Assembly (NCBI GenBank): GCA_027334565.1
Contig: DAHWUP010000001.1
Location: 16,674-80,673 of the forward strand
DNA length: 64,000 bases
Direction: 5' to 3'
Source: Candidatus Levyibacteriota bacterium
Lineage (GTDB): Bacteria > Patescibacteriota > Microgenomatia > Levybacterales > UBA12049
Shown piece after piece: positions 47,739-57,147 of this stretch. Numbering within the stretch: the first letter of the stretch is position 1; each line of letters starts with the position of its first letter. The position numbers and the translations under genes are program-made. The notes beneath the pieces were generated by a model. That model was not told the DNA's origin and ran no database searches. It saw nothing but the letters and a program-made list of their open reading frames with translations.

Positions 47739-48689
47739 ATGAATAAACTGTTTAAATCATTGTTAATGTCTTTTGCGGCACTCTTCCTTTTTTCAGGGGT
47801 AAGTTTTGCTTCAACTTCGGTAAGGCTGCAGCAGCCGCAAACACCCACCAACCAGAATGCGTTCAACATCACTTTTGTTGCTTTGGATACCAACTCGTCC
47901 CAGGTTGTAACTGTTCAGTGCCAAAAACAGGGTCCGGGTGATTCAAATCCTGTGAATTTCGGCTCACCTATCACGCTTTCTGCCGGCGGCAATACCAACG
48001 TTTGCCAGGTCGGAAACGGACTATTGAATCAAAACGGCACTTACCAGTTTGACGTAATCGCCTACGGATCAAGCACTACAACCAGCAATACCGTCAACGT
48101 AGACTTTAATACCGATGGACCGGGCACACCCGGCAATTACAATAAAACCAAACCCGACAACTGCACTTACGAGATAACCTTTAGAACGGCCGACGACAAT
48201 GGGAAAACCGTCAAGGTGGTCTTGTACCGTTCGTCCAATCAGAACTTTAGCTTAGACAACGGAACCCAGGTAAACCAGGTTAGTATCGGTTCGAACACCG
48301 ACGGCTCGATGACCGACAACATCAGCCCAAACTGCAATACCAACTATTACTACGCGATCAGGGCTTTTGATAAATACGGAAACGGCTCGGGAGCAACCGG
48401 AGACAGTTCAACATCTACAACAATCATCAGTCCGACAGTTACGCAGCAGGAAGGAGCAATAGCCGGCGGTACCGCGGGAAATGTGCTTGGAGCCGAAGCC
48501 GGTGGACAAGGACAAGTTTTGGGTACGGAAAGTGCAAAACCGACCCAAACCCCTGCAAAAGTAACGGGACAAAATCCTGTTTCAAACGCAGTAAACTGGG
48601 TACTTACCCACAAAAAGGTCAGCTTGCTGGTTCTAATAATTTTGGCAGCGATTGCATACTTTCTTTACCGCAGATACTATAAAAAGTAA
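47739..48689 (+). CDS. secreted Ig/Fn3-like protein with a C-terminal membrane anchor
   Basis: Signal peptide MNKLFKSLLMSFAALFLFSGVSFAS, two beta-rich domains (...NYYYAIRAFDKYGNGSG), then a Gly/Ala-rich stretch and a C-terminal TM with an RRYYKK tail. No canonical LPXTG (nearest is PAKVTG). Confidence 0.6.
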   Translation: MNKLFKSLLMSFAALFLFSGVSFASTSVRLQQPQTPTNQNAFNITFVALDTNSSQVVTVQCQKQGPGDSNPVNFGSPITLSAGGNTNVCQVGNGLLNQNGTYQFDVIAYGSSTTTSNTVNVDFNTDGPGTPGNYNKTKPDNCTYEITFRTADDNGKTVKVVLYRSSNQNFSLDNGTQVNQVSIGSNTDGSMTDNISPNCNTNYYYAIRAFDKYGNGSGATGDSSTSTTIISPTVTQQEGAIAGGTAGNVLGAEAGGQGQVLGTESAKPTQTPAKVTGQNPVSNAVNWVLTHKKVSLLVLIILAAIAYFLYRRYYKK

Positions 48690-48698
48690 AATAGAATC

Positions 48699-49289
48699 GT
48701 GAAACTTCTCTCAAGAATTCTAATAACAATTGGGTTACTTTTGATTTTTTCTTCGGTTGTTCTATTTGTGTACATTTTCGCACCGGTGGCAAAAGTCGAA
48801 CTAAATTATGACCTTAACCGGCCCAGGGCAAACATCAATCAGATTACGCCTGTGGACAAAAATTTCGACATCGTCATTCCCAAGATAGGCGCCAACGCCA
48901 GGATAATTCCAAACGTAGACCCATTCAATTCAAACGTTTACGAACTGGCACTTTCCAAAGGCGTCGCGCAGGCCAAAGGCTCCGCCTTCCCCAACCAAAC
49001 CGGCAATATGTTCCTGTTTTCCCATTCCTCGGCCAACCTTTTGGAAGCTACGCGTTTCAATTCGATATTTTATCTACTATCAAAGTTAAATAAAGCAGAT
49101 GTAATTTATATTTATTACAATAATACAAGATACAAATACGTTGTGTCGGGAACCAAACTTGTTGACCCTTCCGACGTTTCTTATTTAAATCCGAAATCCA
49201 GCGTTAAACAGCTGACTTTGATGACTTGCTGGCCTGCAGGTACTAATTACAAAAGACTGATTGTAATTGCAAAATCTCTAAGTAAATAA
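48699..49289 (+). CDS. sortase (GTG start)
   Basis: N-terminal TM anchor, His region FLFSHSS, catalytic TLxTC motif QLTLMTCWP (Cys codon near 49228), conserved Arg in YKRLIVIA. 196 aa. Confidence 0.7.
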   Translation: MKLLSRILITIGLLLIFSSVVLFVYIFAPVAKVELNYDLNRPRANINQITPVDKNFDIVIPKIGANARIIPNVDPFNSNVYELALSKGVAQAKGSAFPNQTGNMFLFSHSSANLLEATRFNSIFYLLSKLNKADVIYIYYNNTRYKYVVSGTKLVDPSDVSYLNPKSSVKQLTLMTCWPAGTNYKRLIVIAKSLSK

Positions 49290-49313
49290 ATTCTGTCTAT
49301 AGCTTAAAGTAAA

Positions 49314-49329
49314 TATTCCTTCGGAATAC
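49314..49329 (+). other. UUCG-tetraloop hairpin TATTCC-TTCG-GGAATA immediately after the sortase stop; no T-tract
   Basis: 6-bp stem with a tetraloop. Possibly an RNA-stabilising element. Confidence 0.4.
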
Positions 49330-49649
49330 AGACACTACGCTTCGCTAGTCCACGGGAACCTATTATAAACGCCTAATTGTTATCGCAATTTCAAAATAAA
49401 CTGCTGAAAAAGTCTTCGATCCTCCCGCAACTACAGGAATAATCTCTTATCTTTCTTAAGCCTTATTTAAGAATTGCCTGCTATCATTTTTAAATTAATG
49501 AGAAAGTATGGATTGTTAAAACATTATTCCTCTTCGCCTATTCAGCCTCAATTTATAGTAATTACAATTACTGCGCTAACCCTAAATCCGCGATATATTT
49601 ACAGCCCAACGATAGATAGTTGAGCCAGATCTTAAATAAAGGAGGAAAT

Positions 49650-49736
49650 ATGCTGCAAAGCATAAGAGGCACCCGAAAAGGGTGTCTTTTTTTATCGAAA
49701 GAGACTGTCACTGGAGCATCAAAAAAACCCACCTGA
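49650..49736 (+). CDS. candidate 28-aa small ORF with a strong Shine-Dalgarno (AAAGGAGG)
   Basis: aaggagg at 49639..49645, then ATG at 49650. Encodes MLQSIRGTRKGCLFLSKETVTGASKKPT. An intrinsic terminator lies inside it. Confidence 0.3.
   Translation: MLQSIRGTRKGCLFLSKETVTGASKKPT
49668..49693 (+). terminator. rho-independent terminator (GGCACCC-GAAAA-GGGTGTC plus T7)
   Basis: 7-bp stem with one G-U pair, GAAAA loop, TTTTTTT tract. Confidence 0.6.
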
Positions 49737-49755
49737 AAACACAGAGCCAGGTGGG
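49721..49755 (-). terminator. minus-strand rho-independent terminator (CCCACCTG/CAGGTGGG 8-bp stem followed by T7 on the minus strand)
   Basis: Perfect 8-bp stem with a 12-nt loop. The A7 run on the plus strand is the T-tract on the minus strand. It faces the plus-strand terminator about 30 nt away. Confidence 0.5.
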
Positions 49756-49819
49756 CAAGAAGGACAGTACTACCCTTAACTGAAAAGAAGCTTAAGATAA
49801 ATATCGTCTTCTTGACATA

Positions 49820-50707
49820 ATGCTTAAAAAACTGCTTAAATTAAGTATGGTCAAATTAAAGAAAAAACCGGCTTTCTTTTCAAGCGGATTCAAGTTTTTG
49901 ATAGTGGTCGTTGTTTCCACCATACTTGTCCTATCGGGTGTTACATATCAAACCAACTCCTTGCCGCGCCGCGTCTTGGGAGCATCGACGATAGCCGATA
50001 CTGCAGAAGGCCAACAAACGGATGGGCAGATCAATCAGCGCCCGGACTTTCAACCCCCTGCCGGTACGCAACAAAACCAGAATTTTCAAGAGGGGCAAAA
50101 TCCGCCTTCCCCGTTATATAGGGCAAGCTTCGAAACCCAAAATCATGAAAGATTTACATTGGGTCAGGATCATCCGGAAATCCAAATATCCAGTCAAGAC
50201 GGAAGGTTAAGTATAAAGGCCAGAAACCAGAACGGGCTTGAAACAGAACTAGACACCGGCTCGCTAGGCCTGATCAACGAAGGCCTGAGGAACGAAGGTC
50301 TGGAAATTGCGACCACCGAAGGAGGATTCTTATTAAGACAAGGTACTTATTCTGCGATGACCCATTTCCCGCTCTCGATAAATACGCTTACCAATCAGCT
50401 GACCGTCACTACTCCGACGGGTACAAAAACGGTAGCCGTTCTACCCGATCAAGCAGTTGAAAACCTGATCAGACAAAAATTCATTTCCGTGGTCGCTTCC
50501 TCATCCGCAGACACAGGTATAAATCTGGACGTTTACGCCAGTCAGTCGGCATTTATGATCAACGGAATCTTACACAAAAACTTATTCGGTTTTTTCCCGG
50601 TTAACATTGATAAGACCGCAGTAGTTTCAGCGGAAAACGGACAGCTTCTTACTACGTACGAGTCGTTTATAAACAAACTGCTCGACCTTCTCTCAGTTCC
50701 TTCCTAA
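49820..50707 (+). CDS. hypothetical membrane-anchored/secreted protein
   Basis: 295 aa, N-terminal TM (FKFLIVVVVSTILVLSG), Gln/Asn-rich. No recognisable motif. Confidence 0.45.
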   Translation: MLKKLLKLSMVKLKKKPAFFSSGFKFLIVVVVSTILVLSGVTYQTNSLPRRVLGASTIADTAEGQQTDGQINQRPDFQPPAGTQQNQNFQEGQNPPSPLYRASFETQNHERFTLGQDHPEIQISSQDGRLSIKARNQNGLETELDTGSLGLINEGLRNEGLEIATTEGGFLLRQGTYSAMTHFPLSINTLTNQLTVTTPTGTKTVAVLPDQAVENLIRQKFISVVASSSADTGINLDVYASQSAFMINGILHKNLFGFFPVNIDKTAVVSAENGQLLTTYESFINKLLDLLSVPS

Positions 50708-50713
50708 AAAAAC

Positions 50714-51106
50714 TTAAGCTTTCGCTTTAAATTCTAAAGCCAGGGAGTTGATGCAGTAGCGTTTACCGGTCGTTTTTTTAGGTCCGTCGTCAAAAACATG
50801 ACCCAGGTGTGAACCGCAATTTTTGCAGATCACCTCAATCCGGTGCATTCCCAAACTGCTATCGTCTTTAAGTATGACGTTCTCTCTGTTCACGGGGCTG
50901 TCAAAGCTTGGCCATCCGGACCCCGAATCGAATTTGGTATCGGACGAAAATAACTCCTGTCCGCAGGCGGCACAACAATACATTCCCGTTTGATGATTGT
51001 TATATAAAGCGCCGGAAAAAGCCGGTTCCGTGCCGTTTTCTCTTAGGACATGGTATTGTTCCGTGGTTAATTTTTTCTTCCAGAATGAATCCGATTTGTT
51101 TTTCAT
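50714..51106 (-). CDS. msrB: peptide-methionine (R)-S-oxide reductase MsrB
   Basis: Two CxxC pairs (CAACGQ...[12 protein letters not shown]) and GWPSF. 130 aa. Confidence 0.85.
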   Translation of the reverse strand: MKNKSDSFWKKKLTTEQYHVLRENGTEPAFSGALYNNHQTGMYCCAACGQELFSSDTKFDSGSGWPSFDSPVNRENVILKDDSSLGMHRIEVICKNCGSHLGHVFDDGPKKTTGKRYCINSLALEFKAKA

Positions 51107-52228
51107 TTAGTTTACGTTAGCACCTATTGCCTGCGTGATATTGTCAAATCCGTCCTTTTTTAATAAATCTTCCAGTTCATAATTTATTTGCGAGGCAAGC
51201 TGCGGCCCCTCAAAGATAAGACCGGTGATCAGTTGAACCAGACTTGCCCCGGCTCTGATTTTATCATAGGCGTCTTTGCCGCAGAAGATTCCGCCGCAAC
51301 CGATGATCTTAATCTTTTGGCCGTATCTTTTATAAATCAGTTTTATAAGTTCGTTCGATCTTGCCCGGGTCGGTAGCCCGCTGAAACTTCCGGCGGGAAA
51401 TTTCTCCAGCTCTTCCCGAACAAAACTGCTATTATTTCTGTCTTTTTGCAAATTTCCCAAAATTACCGCTTTCACGGGATATTTAACTATTACATCCATC
51501 ATTTTAATTATTTCTTCGTTGTCTTTTGAAATCGGCATCTTGATAAAAACCGGTTTTGACGGTTTCAGGGCAAAAACCGCCTGCAAAAGTCCGCTGAGAT
51601 GTTCCGGTTCGTAAAATTCAATTTTCCCATATAAGTTCGGGCAGCTGATGTTAAGTTCGTAGAAACCGATATCCAGTTTTTCTTTTTCAACAACTTCAAA
51701 AGCGGAGACGATATCCTCTACGGCCGCACCCTGCGTTCTTAATTTCGCGGAATTGGTTTTTCCGATACTTATCCCCACCGGAAAAACAAAATTTTGTCCT
51801 TTAAGTTTTTCGACGATTTTTTTAATTCCTTCATTCTTAAATCCTTTGTTGACCATCAGCGACCTGGTTTTTACAAGTCTTCCTAGTCTTGGTTTTGGAT
51901 TGCCCTCGTAGGGCATGTTTGTGATTGTTCCTATGGTCTCAAAACCGAAATTAAGGCCGGGCAAAACCCACATCAGACTTGCTCCATAATCAAAACCCGC
52001 GGCAAGGCCGACCGGATTTCGAAAATTTATTCCGAAAAGTTGTTGTTCGAGTTCCTTTTGGGGATGACAGAAGAAAAATTTAAAAATTCCGCCAGAATAT
52101 TCATTCCCGAGCGCCTGGCCGAAACGGATAAAAAAATTATGGATGGATTCCGAGTCGGTCAAAAATAGCAGAGGCCTAAATAGATATTTATATGAATAAC
52201 CGGTTAAAAATACCAATCTTTTTTTCAT
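51107..52228 (-). CDS. pyrD: dihydroorotate dehydrogenase (quinone-type, class 2)
   Basis: FGINFRNPVGLAAGFDYGAS, GFETIGTITNMPYEGNPKPRLGRL and IIGCGGIFCGKDAYDKIRAGASLVQL. N-terminal membrane-association helix. Confidence 0.8.
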   Translation of the reverse strand: MKKRLVFLTGYSYKYLFRPLLFLTDSESIHNFFIRFGQALGNEYSGGIFKFFFCHPQKELEQQLFGINFRNPVGLAAGFDYGASLMWVLPGLNFGFETIGTITNMPYEGNPKPRLGRLVKTRSLMVNKGFKNEGIKKIVEKLKGQNFVFPVGISIGKTNSAKLRTQGAAVEDIVSAFEVVEKEKLDIGFYELNISCPNLYGKIEFYEPEHLSGLLQAVFALKPSKPVFIKMPISKDNEEIIKMMDVIVKYPVKAVILGNLQKDRNNSSFVREELEKFPAGSFSGLPTRARSNELIKLIYKRYGQKIKIIGCGGIFCGKDAYDKIRAGASLVQLITGLIFEGPQLASQINYELEDLLKKDGFDNITQAIGANVN

Positions 52229-52283
52229 AATTCCCCGCTTATTTTAACATATCATGATTTTAACCAAAACCCTCTCCATCAAA

Positions 52284-52327
52284 TTCTTAAACCCCATCCG
52301 TTGACGGCATAGGGTTTAAGAATTTTT
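52284..52327. other. 11-bp perfect inverted repeat TTCTTAAACCC/GGGTTTAAGAA (17-nt loop) plus TTTTT in the pyrD upstream region
   Basis: Seen directly in the sequence. Could be a terminator for the upstream minus-strand gene or a regulatory stem-loop. Confidence 0.4.
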
Positions 52328-52340
52328 CCAAAAAAGGAAA

Positions 52341-52811
52341 CTATTGGGTAGGAGCCGGATTTGCCGGTCTTAATTGCTGCGGATTGATCTGAATATCGTT
52401 GGCAGTAATCGAACCGTCGGAGTTGGCGCTTCCTACGACCATTACCGTATCGCCTTGTTTAATATCCGAAAGGGATGCCTTTTGCGTATTCACATAGGTC
52501 GTAGAAGACCCAAGAACGACCAGTTTGGTCGACCCATCCTGCTGTTTTACGGTTAAAGTGTTATTCCCCAGGCTGATGATTTGCCCTCTGACCGGAGTAA
52601 ATCTTTGTCCACCCGCGGCGCCATTAGCGCCTCTTCCTGTAAAGAATTGTCCTCCGTTCCCACCGGCAAAGCTTCGATTACCGAATTGACCGCCTAACGG
52701 ATTTTGTGATTTTTGGTATTGCATTCCTGCGTAAAACCCTCCACCCGCGGCGACCAAAATCAGAATTATAGCAACAATAATTACCGAGTTAATGTTTTTC
52801 ATTTTTCTCAC
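52341..52811 (-). CDS. secreted Gly-rich small protein (DUF5666-like?)
   Basis: N-terminal TM/signal, then GGQFGNRSFAGGNGGQFFTGRGANGAAGG and two short beta-repeats (GQIISLGNNTLTVKQQDGSTKLVVL...VMVVGSANSDGSITANDIQI). Sits upstream of the ABC permease. Confidence 0.45.
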   Translation of the reverse strand: MRKMKNINSVIIVAIILILVAAGGGFYAGMQYQKSQNPLGGQFGNRSFAGGNGGQFFTGRGANGAAGGQRFTPVRGQIISLGNNTLTVKQQDGSTKLVVLGSSTTYVNTQKASLSDIKQGDTVMVVGSANSDGSITANDIQINPQQLRPANPAPTQ

Positions 52812-52862
52812 CTGCCTTTCCGTTAAAATTTTGCGTATTTATTTTTATGATTTTCATATTTT

Positions 52863-54086
52863 TTACTCATAACGCAGAGCCTCAATGGGAGATAAGTCGG
52901 CAGCTTTTTTGGCCGGATACCAGCCGAAAATGATTCCGATCCCACCCGAAACTCCTATTGCCAAAGCGATTGCGTAAAATGAAATCGTGAACGGAAGGCT
53001 TATAAAACTGGAAATTATCAATGAAAGTATTATCCCCAATACCATACCCGTTAATCCGCCGCCGAAGGTCAAGATGATCGCCTCGATAAGAAACTGCTGG
53101 ACTACGGTTGAATCTTTTGCGCCCAAAGCTTTACGCAGTCCGATTTCACGCGTTCTTTCGATGACCGTGACCAGCATGATATTCATGATCCCGATACCGC
53201 CGACCAGAAGTGAAATGGCGGCAATACCCGCCAAAAGCGAGGTGAAAGTTCCGGTTACCGAAGAAATGGTCGAGATTATATCCGCCTGCGAAAACATCGA
53301 AAAATCTGCCTGAGTCGGATCGCTTATCTTATGTCTTCGTAAAAGCAGATATCCCGCGTCGTTTTCTGCTTGGGTAATGCCGTTGGCGGAGGATGCCGAT
53401 AAAGAAATATCGGATATGTTGGTCATGCCAAAAACCGTCTTTTGCGCGGTAGTTAGGGGAATGAAAACGATATCGTCCTGGTTACCGAATCCCGACCCGC
53501 CCTTTGAAACAGTGACACCGATTATAGTAAACGGAATTTTATTGATCCTTATCGTTTGTCCGGTCGGGTCGACTCCGTCTCCGAAAAGGTCGCTTACCAC
53601 TGTCGGGCCGACCACCGCAACTTCCTGGTTGCCGTTTACTTGGGCATTGGTGATAAAAGTCCCCGAATCCATGGTTATGTTATGTACCTGAAGATACGCG
53701 GGCGTGACGCCATACACTTGCGTATTGGTGTTATTTTTGCCCGCCGTGATCTGCACGCGCCTTGAAACTTCTGGCGAAACCTGACTGATGGATGAAAAAT
53801 TCGCATTCTGGATAGCCAACGCATCATCATAAGTCAAAGAGGTAGCGCTGCCGAACCCGCCCTGTACACCGCCTGTACCTTGTTGTGATCCGGGGGTGAT
53901 TGTGATTAAATTTGCTCCCAGACCCTGGATCTGATTTTGTACCGCGGCTTGGCTTGCTTGTCCCAACGAAATAAGTGCGATAACAGCTCCGATACCGATA
54001 ACGATACCAAGCCCTGCCAAAGCGGTACGGACCTTATTCAAAAGTAGCGCTTCAAACGATGATGATAATAGTTCAGAAAAATCCAT
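52863..54086 (-). CDS. ABC transporter permease, MacB/FtsX family
   Basis: N-terminal TM, large extracytoplasmic domain, then a C-terminal four-TM FtsX domain (...ERTREIGLRKALGAKDSTVV...). Confidence 0.8.
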   Translation of the reverse strand: MDFSELLSSSFEALLLNKVRTALAGLGIVIGIGAVIALISLGQASQAAVQNQIQGLGANLITITPGSQQGTGGVQGGFGSATSLTYDDALAIQNANFSSISQVSPEVSRRVQITAGKNNTNTQVYGVTPAYLQVHNITMDSGTFITNAQVNGNQEVAVVGPTVVSDLFGDGVDPTGQTIRINKIPFTIIGVTVSKGGSGFGNQDDIVFIPLTTAQKTVFGMTNISDISLSASSANGITQAENDAGYLLLRRHKISDPTQADFSMFSQADIISTISSVTGTFTSLLAGIAAISLLVGGIGIMNIMLVTVIERTREIGLRKALGAKDSTVVQQFLIEAIILTFGGGLTGMVLGIILSLIISSFISLPFTISFYAIALAIGVSGGIGIIFGWYPAKKAADLSPIEALRYE

Positions 54087-54087
54087 A

Positions 54088-54774
54088 TTAATGTTTCTTC
54101 CCGTTATGTTCCACCTTATCTATCTTTCCGTCCCTGATATGAATTGTACGCTGTGAAAATGCGGCGATGGACGGTTCGTGGGTAATCAAAACGATGGTAT
54201 GCCCCTGCTTTTGCAGACTTTGAAATATTTTCATTATTTCCTCCGCCTGAAGTGTAGAAATATTTCCGGTCGGCTCATCCGCTAAAATTATGGAGGGATT
54301 CATCGACAACGCTCTGGCAATTGCCACTCTCTGCATTTGTCCGCCGGATAATTGGCTTGAGGTATGCTCCATTCTGTCCGAAAGACCGACGTCGGTAAGC
54401 AGTTCCCTGGCCCTTTTTAACCTTTCGTCATTTGGGATACCGGCATAAACCATCGGCAACATGACATTTTTTATTGCGGTCGTCCTGGGCAATAAATTAA
54501 AAGCCTGGAACACAAATCCGATCTTTTTATTACGGATCTCCGCAAGCTGGTCTTTGGTCAATTTGCTGACATCCTCACCGTCCAAAATATAAGTACCGGA
54601 AGTTGGAGAATCCAAAGCTCCCAAAATATGCATTAACGTGGATTTTCCCGAACCGGAAGGACCCATGATCGCCACAAATTCCCCTTTTTTTATCGAGAAT
54701 GAAACATCATCCAAGGCGACCGTTTCAACCCCTTCCATTTTGTAGATTTTAGTAATATGGGAAACGTCTATCAT
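54088..54774 (-). CDS. ABC transporter ATP-binding protein (MacB/LolD-type)
   Basis: Walker [10 protein letters not shown], signature [15 protein letters not shown], Walker [10 protein letters not shown]. Confidence 0.9.
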   Translation of the reverse strand: MIDVSHITKIYKMEGVETVALDDVSFSIKKGEFVAIMGPSGSGKSTLMHILGALDSPTSGTYILDGEDVSKLTKDQLAEIRNKKIGFVFQAFNLLPRTTAIKNVMLPMVYAGIPNDERLKRARELLTDVGLSDRMEHTSSQLSGGQMQRVAIARALSMNPSIILADEPTGNISTLQAEEIMKIFQSLQKQGHTIVLITHEPSIAAFSQRTIHIRDGKIDKVEHNGKKH

Positions 54775-54789
54775 AAATCATATTCCTTT

Positions 54790-56070
54790 TTAACCACCTC
54801 TAAAGAATAACGCCCTGCCCGCACCACCGCCCGCGCCACCACCTCTGGTTGCGCTAAACGGAGACGTACCGCCGGAAGAAGTGGTCGAAGTCTGACTGGT
54901 GATGACGGTTTCGCCTTCACTAAGTCCGGAGGTAATCACTGTTTGCGAACTCGATGAGTCTCCGACCTGAACCGAAACCGTTACCGGTTGGCTGTTTTGT
55001 AAGACCTTGACCGATGAGGCTGTTCCGACCGTCTGAACGGCACTTGAGGGGACCAGCAATACGTTATCGTCAACTTTGGTGATGATATTGGCGGTTGCGC
55101 TCATGTTGGGAAGGATGTCGTTTTCGGATTCGTCAAGCTGAATGATCGCGGGATATGTTACAACTCCGGACGATACCGTTCCTGTCGTATCGATACCCAA
55201 GACCTTACCGGTAAATGTTTTGTTGGGAAGTGCGTCAAAAGTAATTGTCGCTTCTTGTCCTACCTTAATCTGCGGCGCATCGACCTCGGAAACGCTGACC
55301 GATACCGTAGCCGCGTTTCCGGTTTGAATCGACGCTACGGTTTGGTTGGATATATTGGTTGAAGAACCCGCACTGGTGTTGCTTGAACCTATTTGCATCC
55401 CTTTGGTGATCAAAAGGTCACTGACCGTACCTGAGGTGGGTGCAACTATTGTCCCCGATGTTAACTGATAGGAGATTTGGGCATTGTTGACGTTGGCCTG
55501 CGCCTGGGCAATGACGTTGGTTTGATTTTCGTAAGCCGCTTCCGCCGCGAGCCAGGCTGCCTGTTCTTCTATATAAACGGGGTCCTGCATGTCCTGTTGC
55601 GTCGGATTGGTTATCCCTTTATCGTTCACGAATTTTTGGTTGGCGACAAATTCCTGGTTCTGTAACGTATAAAGCTGTGCCTGAGCGCTGCTCAAGTTAT
55701 TCTGTGCGGAGATCAAAGATGAATAAGCCTGGGCCTGTCTTTGCTGCCCGGCGGTATCTAGCGTCACATCGGCTATTTTATCGCCCTTATTGACAGATTG
55801 CCCAGATTTTACATATACGTTGGTAACTATGCCCGACGCCTGGGTCACCACGCTTACCTTATTGGAAACAGCCACAGAGCCTGTCTCACTTAACGAAACC
55901 ACCAGGGTTCCTTTGGTCACCTGGGCTGTCTGATACTGGACGCTGTTAGAGGATGAACTAAGTCTTGCGTATGTAAGATATCCTAAAATTACAATGATGA
56001 TAATTGCCGCAACTTTTTTTCTGACACTCAGGTTTTTGATAAAATTTAAAGCCTTTTTGATTAATTGCAT
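54790..56070 (-). CDS. HlyD/MacA-like periplasmic adaptor with a Gly-rich C-terminal tail
   Basis: N-terminal TM, lipoyl halves (GTLVVSLSETGSVAV...DKIADV), a coiled-coil region rich in Q, a barrel, and a C-terminal RGGGAGGGAGRALFFRGG tail. Confidence 0.7.
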   Translation of the reverse strand: MQLIKKALNFIKNLSVRKKVAAIIIIVILGYLTYARLSSSSNSVQYQTAQVTKGTLVVSLSETGSVAVSNKVSVVTQASGIVTNVYVKSGQSVNKGDKIADVTLDTAGQQRQAQAYSSLISAQNNLSSAQAQLYTLQNQEFVANQKFVNDKGITNPTQQDMQDPVYIEEQAAWLAAEAAYENQTNVIAQAQANVNNAQISYQLTSGTIVAPTSGTVSDLLITKGMQIGSSNTSAGSSTNISNQTVASIQTGNAATVSVSVSEVDAPQIKVGQEATITFDALPNKTFTGKVLGIDTTGTVSSGVVTYPAIIQLDESENDILPNMSATANIITKVDDNVLLVPSSAVQTVGTASSVKVLQNSQPVTVSVQVGDSSSSQTVITSGLSEGETVITSQTSTTSSGGTSPFSATRGGGAGGGAGRALFFRGG

Positions 56071-56115
56071 TTTGCCTATGATACCGGACTAAACTGAAAA
56101 GTTCCTTAAAATAAA

Positions 56116-57147
56116 TTAAGCCGTATTCAATAAAATCGTAAATTTGGTTCCCTTATTCGTCTCGCTTTCAACGCTTATAGTCCCATTATGCAAAGTTACG
56201 ATCCTTTTTGCAATAGAAAGCCCTAACCCGTAACCCTGGTAATCGTTTTTCGTCCTGGATTTTTCCGCTCTATAAAATCGATCGAATATAAACGGTAAAT
56301 CTTCTTTGGCGATGCCGATGCCCTGGTCCTCAACCGTGATTTGAATTTTGGAATCGTACTTTTTGGCAGATACCTTGACCGTCTTCCCTTGCTTACTGTA
56401 TTTAACCGCGTTATCCAACAGAATCACAAACAGTTCGGTCAGGCTTTTTTCATTACCGATAAGATTCACTCTCGGTAGATTTATTAATATCTTTATCTTT
56501 TTATTTTTCGCCTGCGCATTAACTTTTTCCAATGCCTGGTTCAATATTTTCTGCAGTAAAAGCTTTGATATGCTCATATTACCGTTCAGTCTCTGGTATT
56601 GATTAAGCTTGATCAGCTCGTCAGACAGAACCTGCAGACTGTTAACGTCCTCAAGATTACTTGCCATCAATTTCTTGGCTTTTTCGATTGTAAAATTCTT
56701 ATCGCGTAAATTTACTTCAATGGCGGTTTTTAACGATGTTAAGGGCGTGTTGAGCTCATGCGAAGCATCGGTGATGAAACGGTTCTGCTCATCAACCATC
56801 TCTTTGATCGGCCTTAAGGTTCTTCCCGCCAAAAAATAACCCGCAAAGGAAGAAAAAAACAAGATCATCAAGTTAATTAAAAATAACCCTTCGGCAACCC
56901 TTGTCTTGGTAGCCTGTATAAGCGCCGGGTTTGGTATTACGGGTAAAGGAATATCCTGATCCCATACCGGTAGTTGAACATTTTGTTGGATAGATTGTGG
57001 ATGCTGCAATCTGTAATCTTCAATTCGTAATACCCGGGTGAATTCTCTGGTAGAACCTACATAAATGACCACGCTAAAGGAGATGCTGACGGCCATGATG
57101 ATAAACAGGTACCAGACCGTCAATTTTAATCTTGCTTTGGTAAACAT
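56116..57147 (-). CDS. sensor histidine kinase
   Basis: Two TM flanking a ~65-aa extracytoplasmic loop, H-box SHELNTPLTSL, and G-boxes DQGIGIAKEDLPFIFDRFYRAE and GYGLGLSIAKRIV. Confidence 0.8.
   Translation of the reverse strand: MFTKARLKLTVWYLFIIMAVSISFSVVIYVGSTREFTRVLRIEDYRLQHPQSIQQNVQLPVWDQDIPLPVIPNPALIQATKTRVAEGLFLINLMILFFSSFAGYFLAGRTLRPIKEMVDEQNRFITDASHELNTPLTSLKTAIEVNLRDKNFTIEKAKKLMASNLEDVNSLQVLSDELIKLNQYQRLNGNMSISKLLLQKILNQALEKVNAQAKNKKIKILINLPRVNLIGNEKSLTELFVILLDNAVKYSKQGKTVKVSAKKYDSKIQITVEDQGIGIAKEDLPFIFDRFYRAEKSRTKNDYQGYGLGLSIAKRIVTLHNGTISVESETNKGTKFTILLNTA

Noticed and set aside
48560-48600. PAKVTG in the second secreted protein as a sortase motif
   Set aside because: It is not a recognised sorting-motif variant and lies 18 residues from the TM helix. 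It is kept only as a question within the sortase-operon finding, not annotated as a feature.
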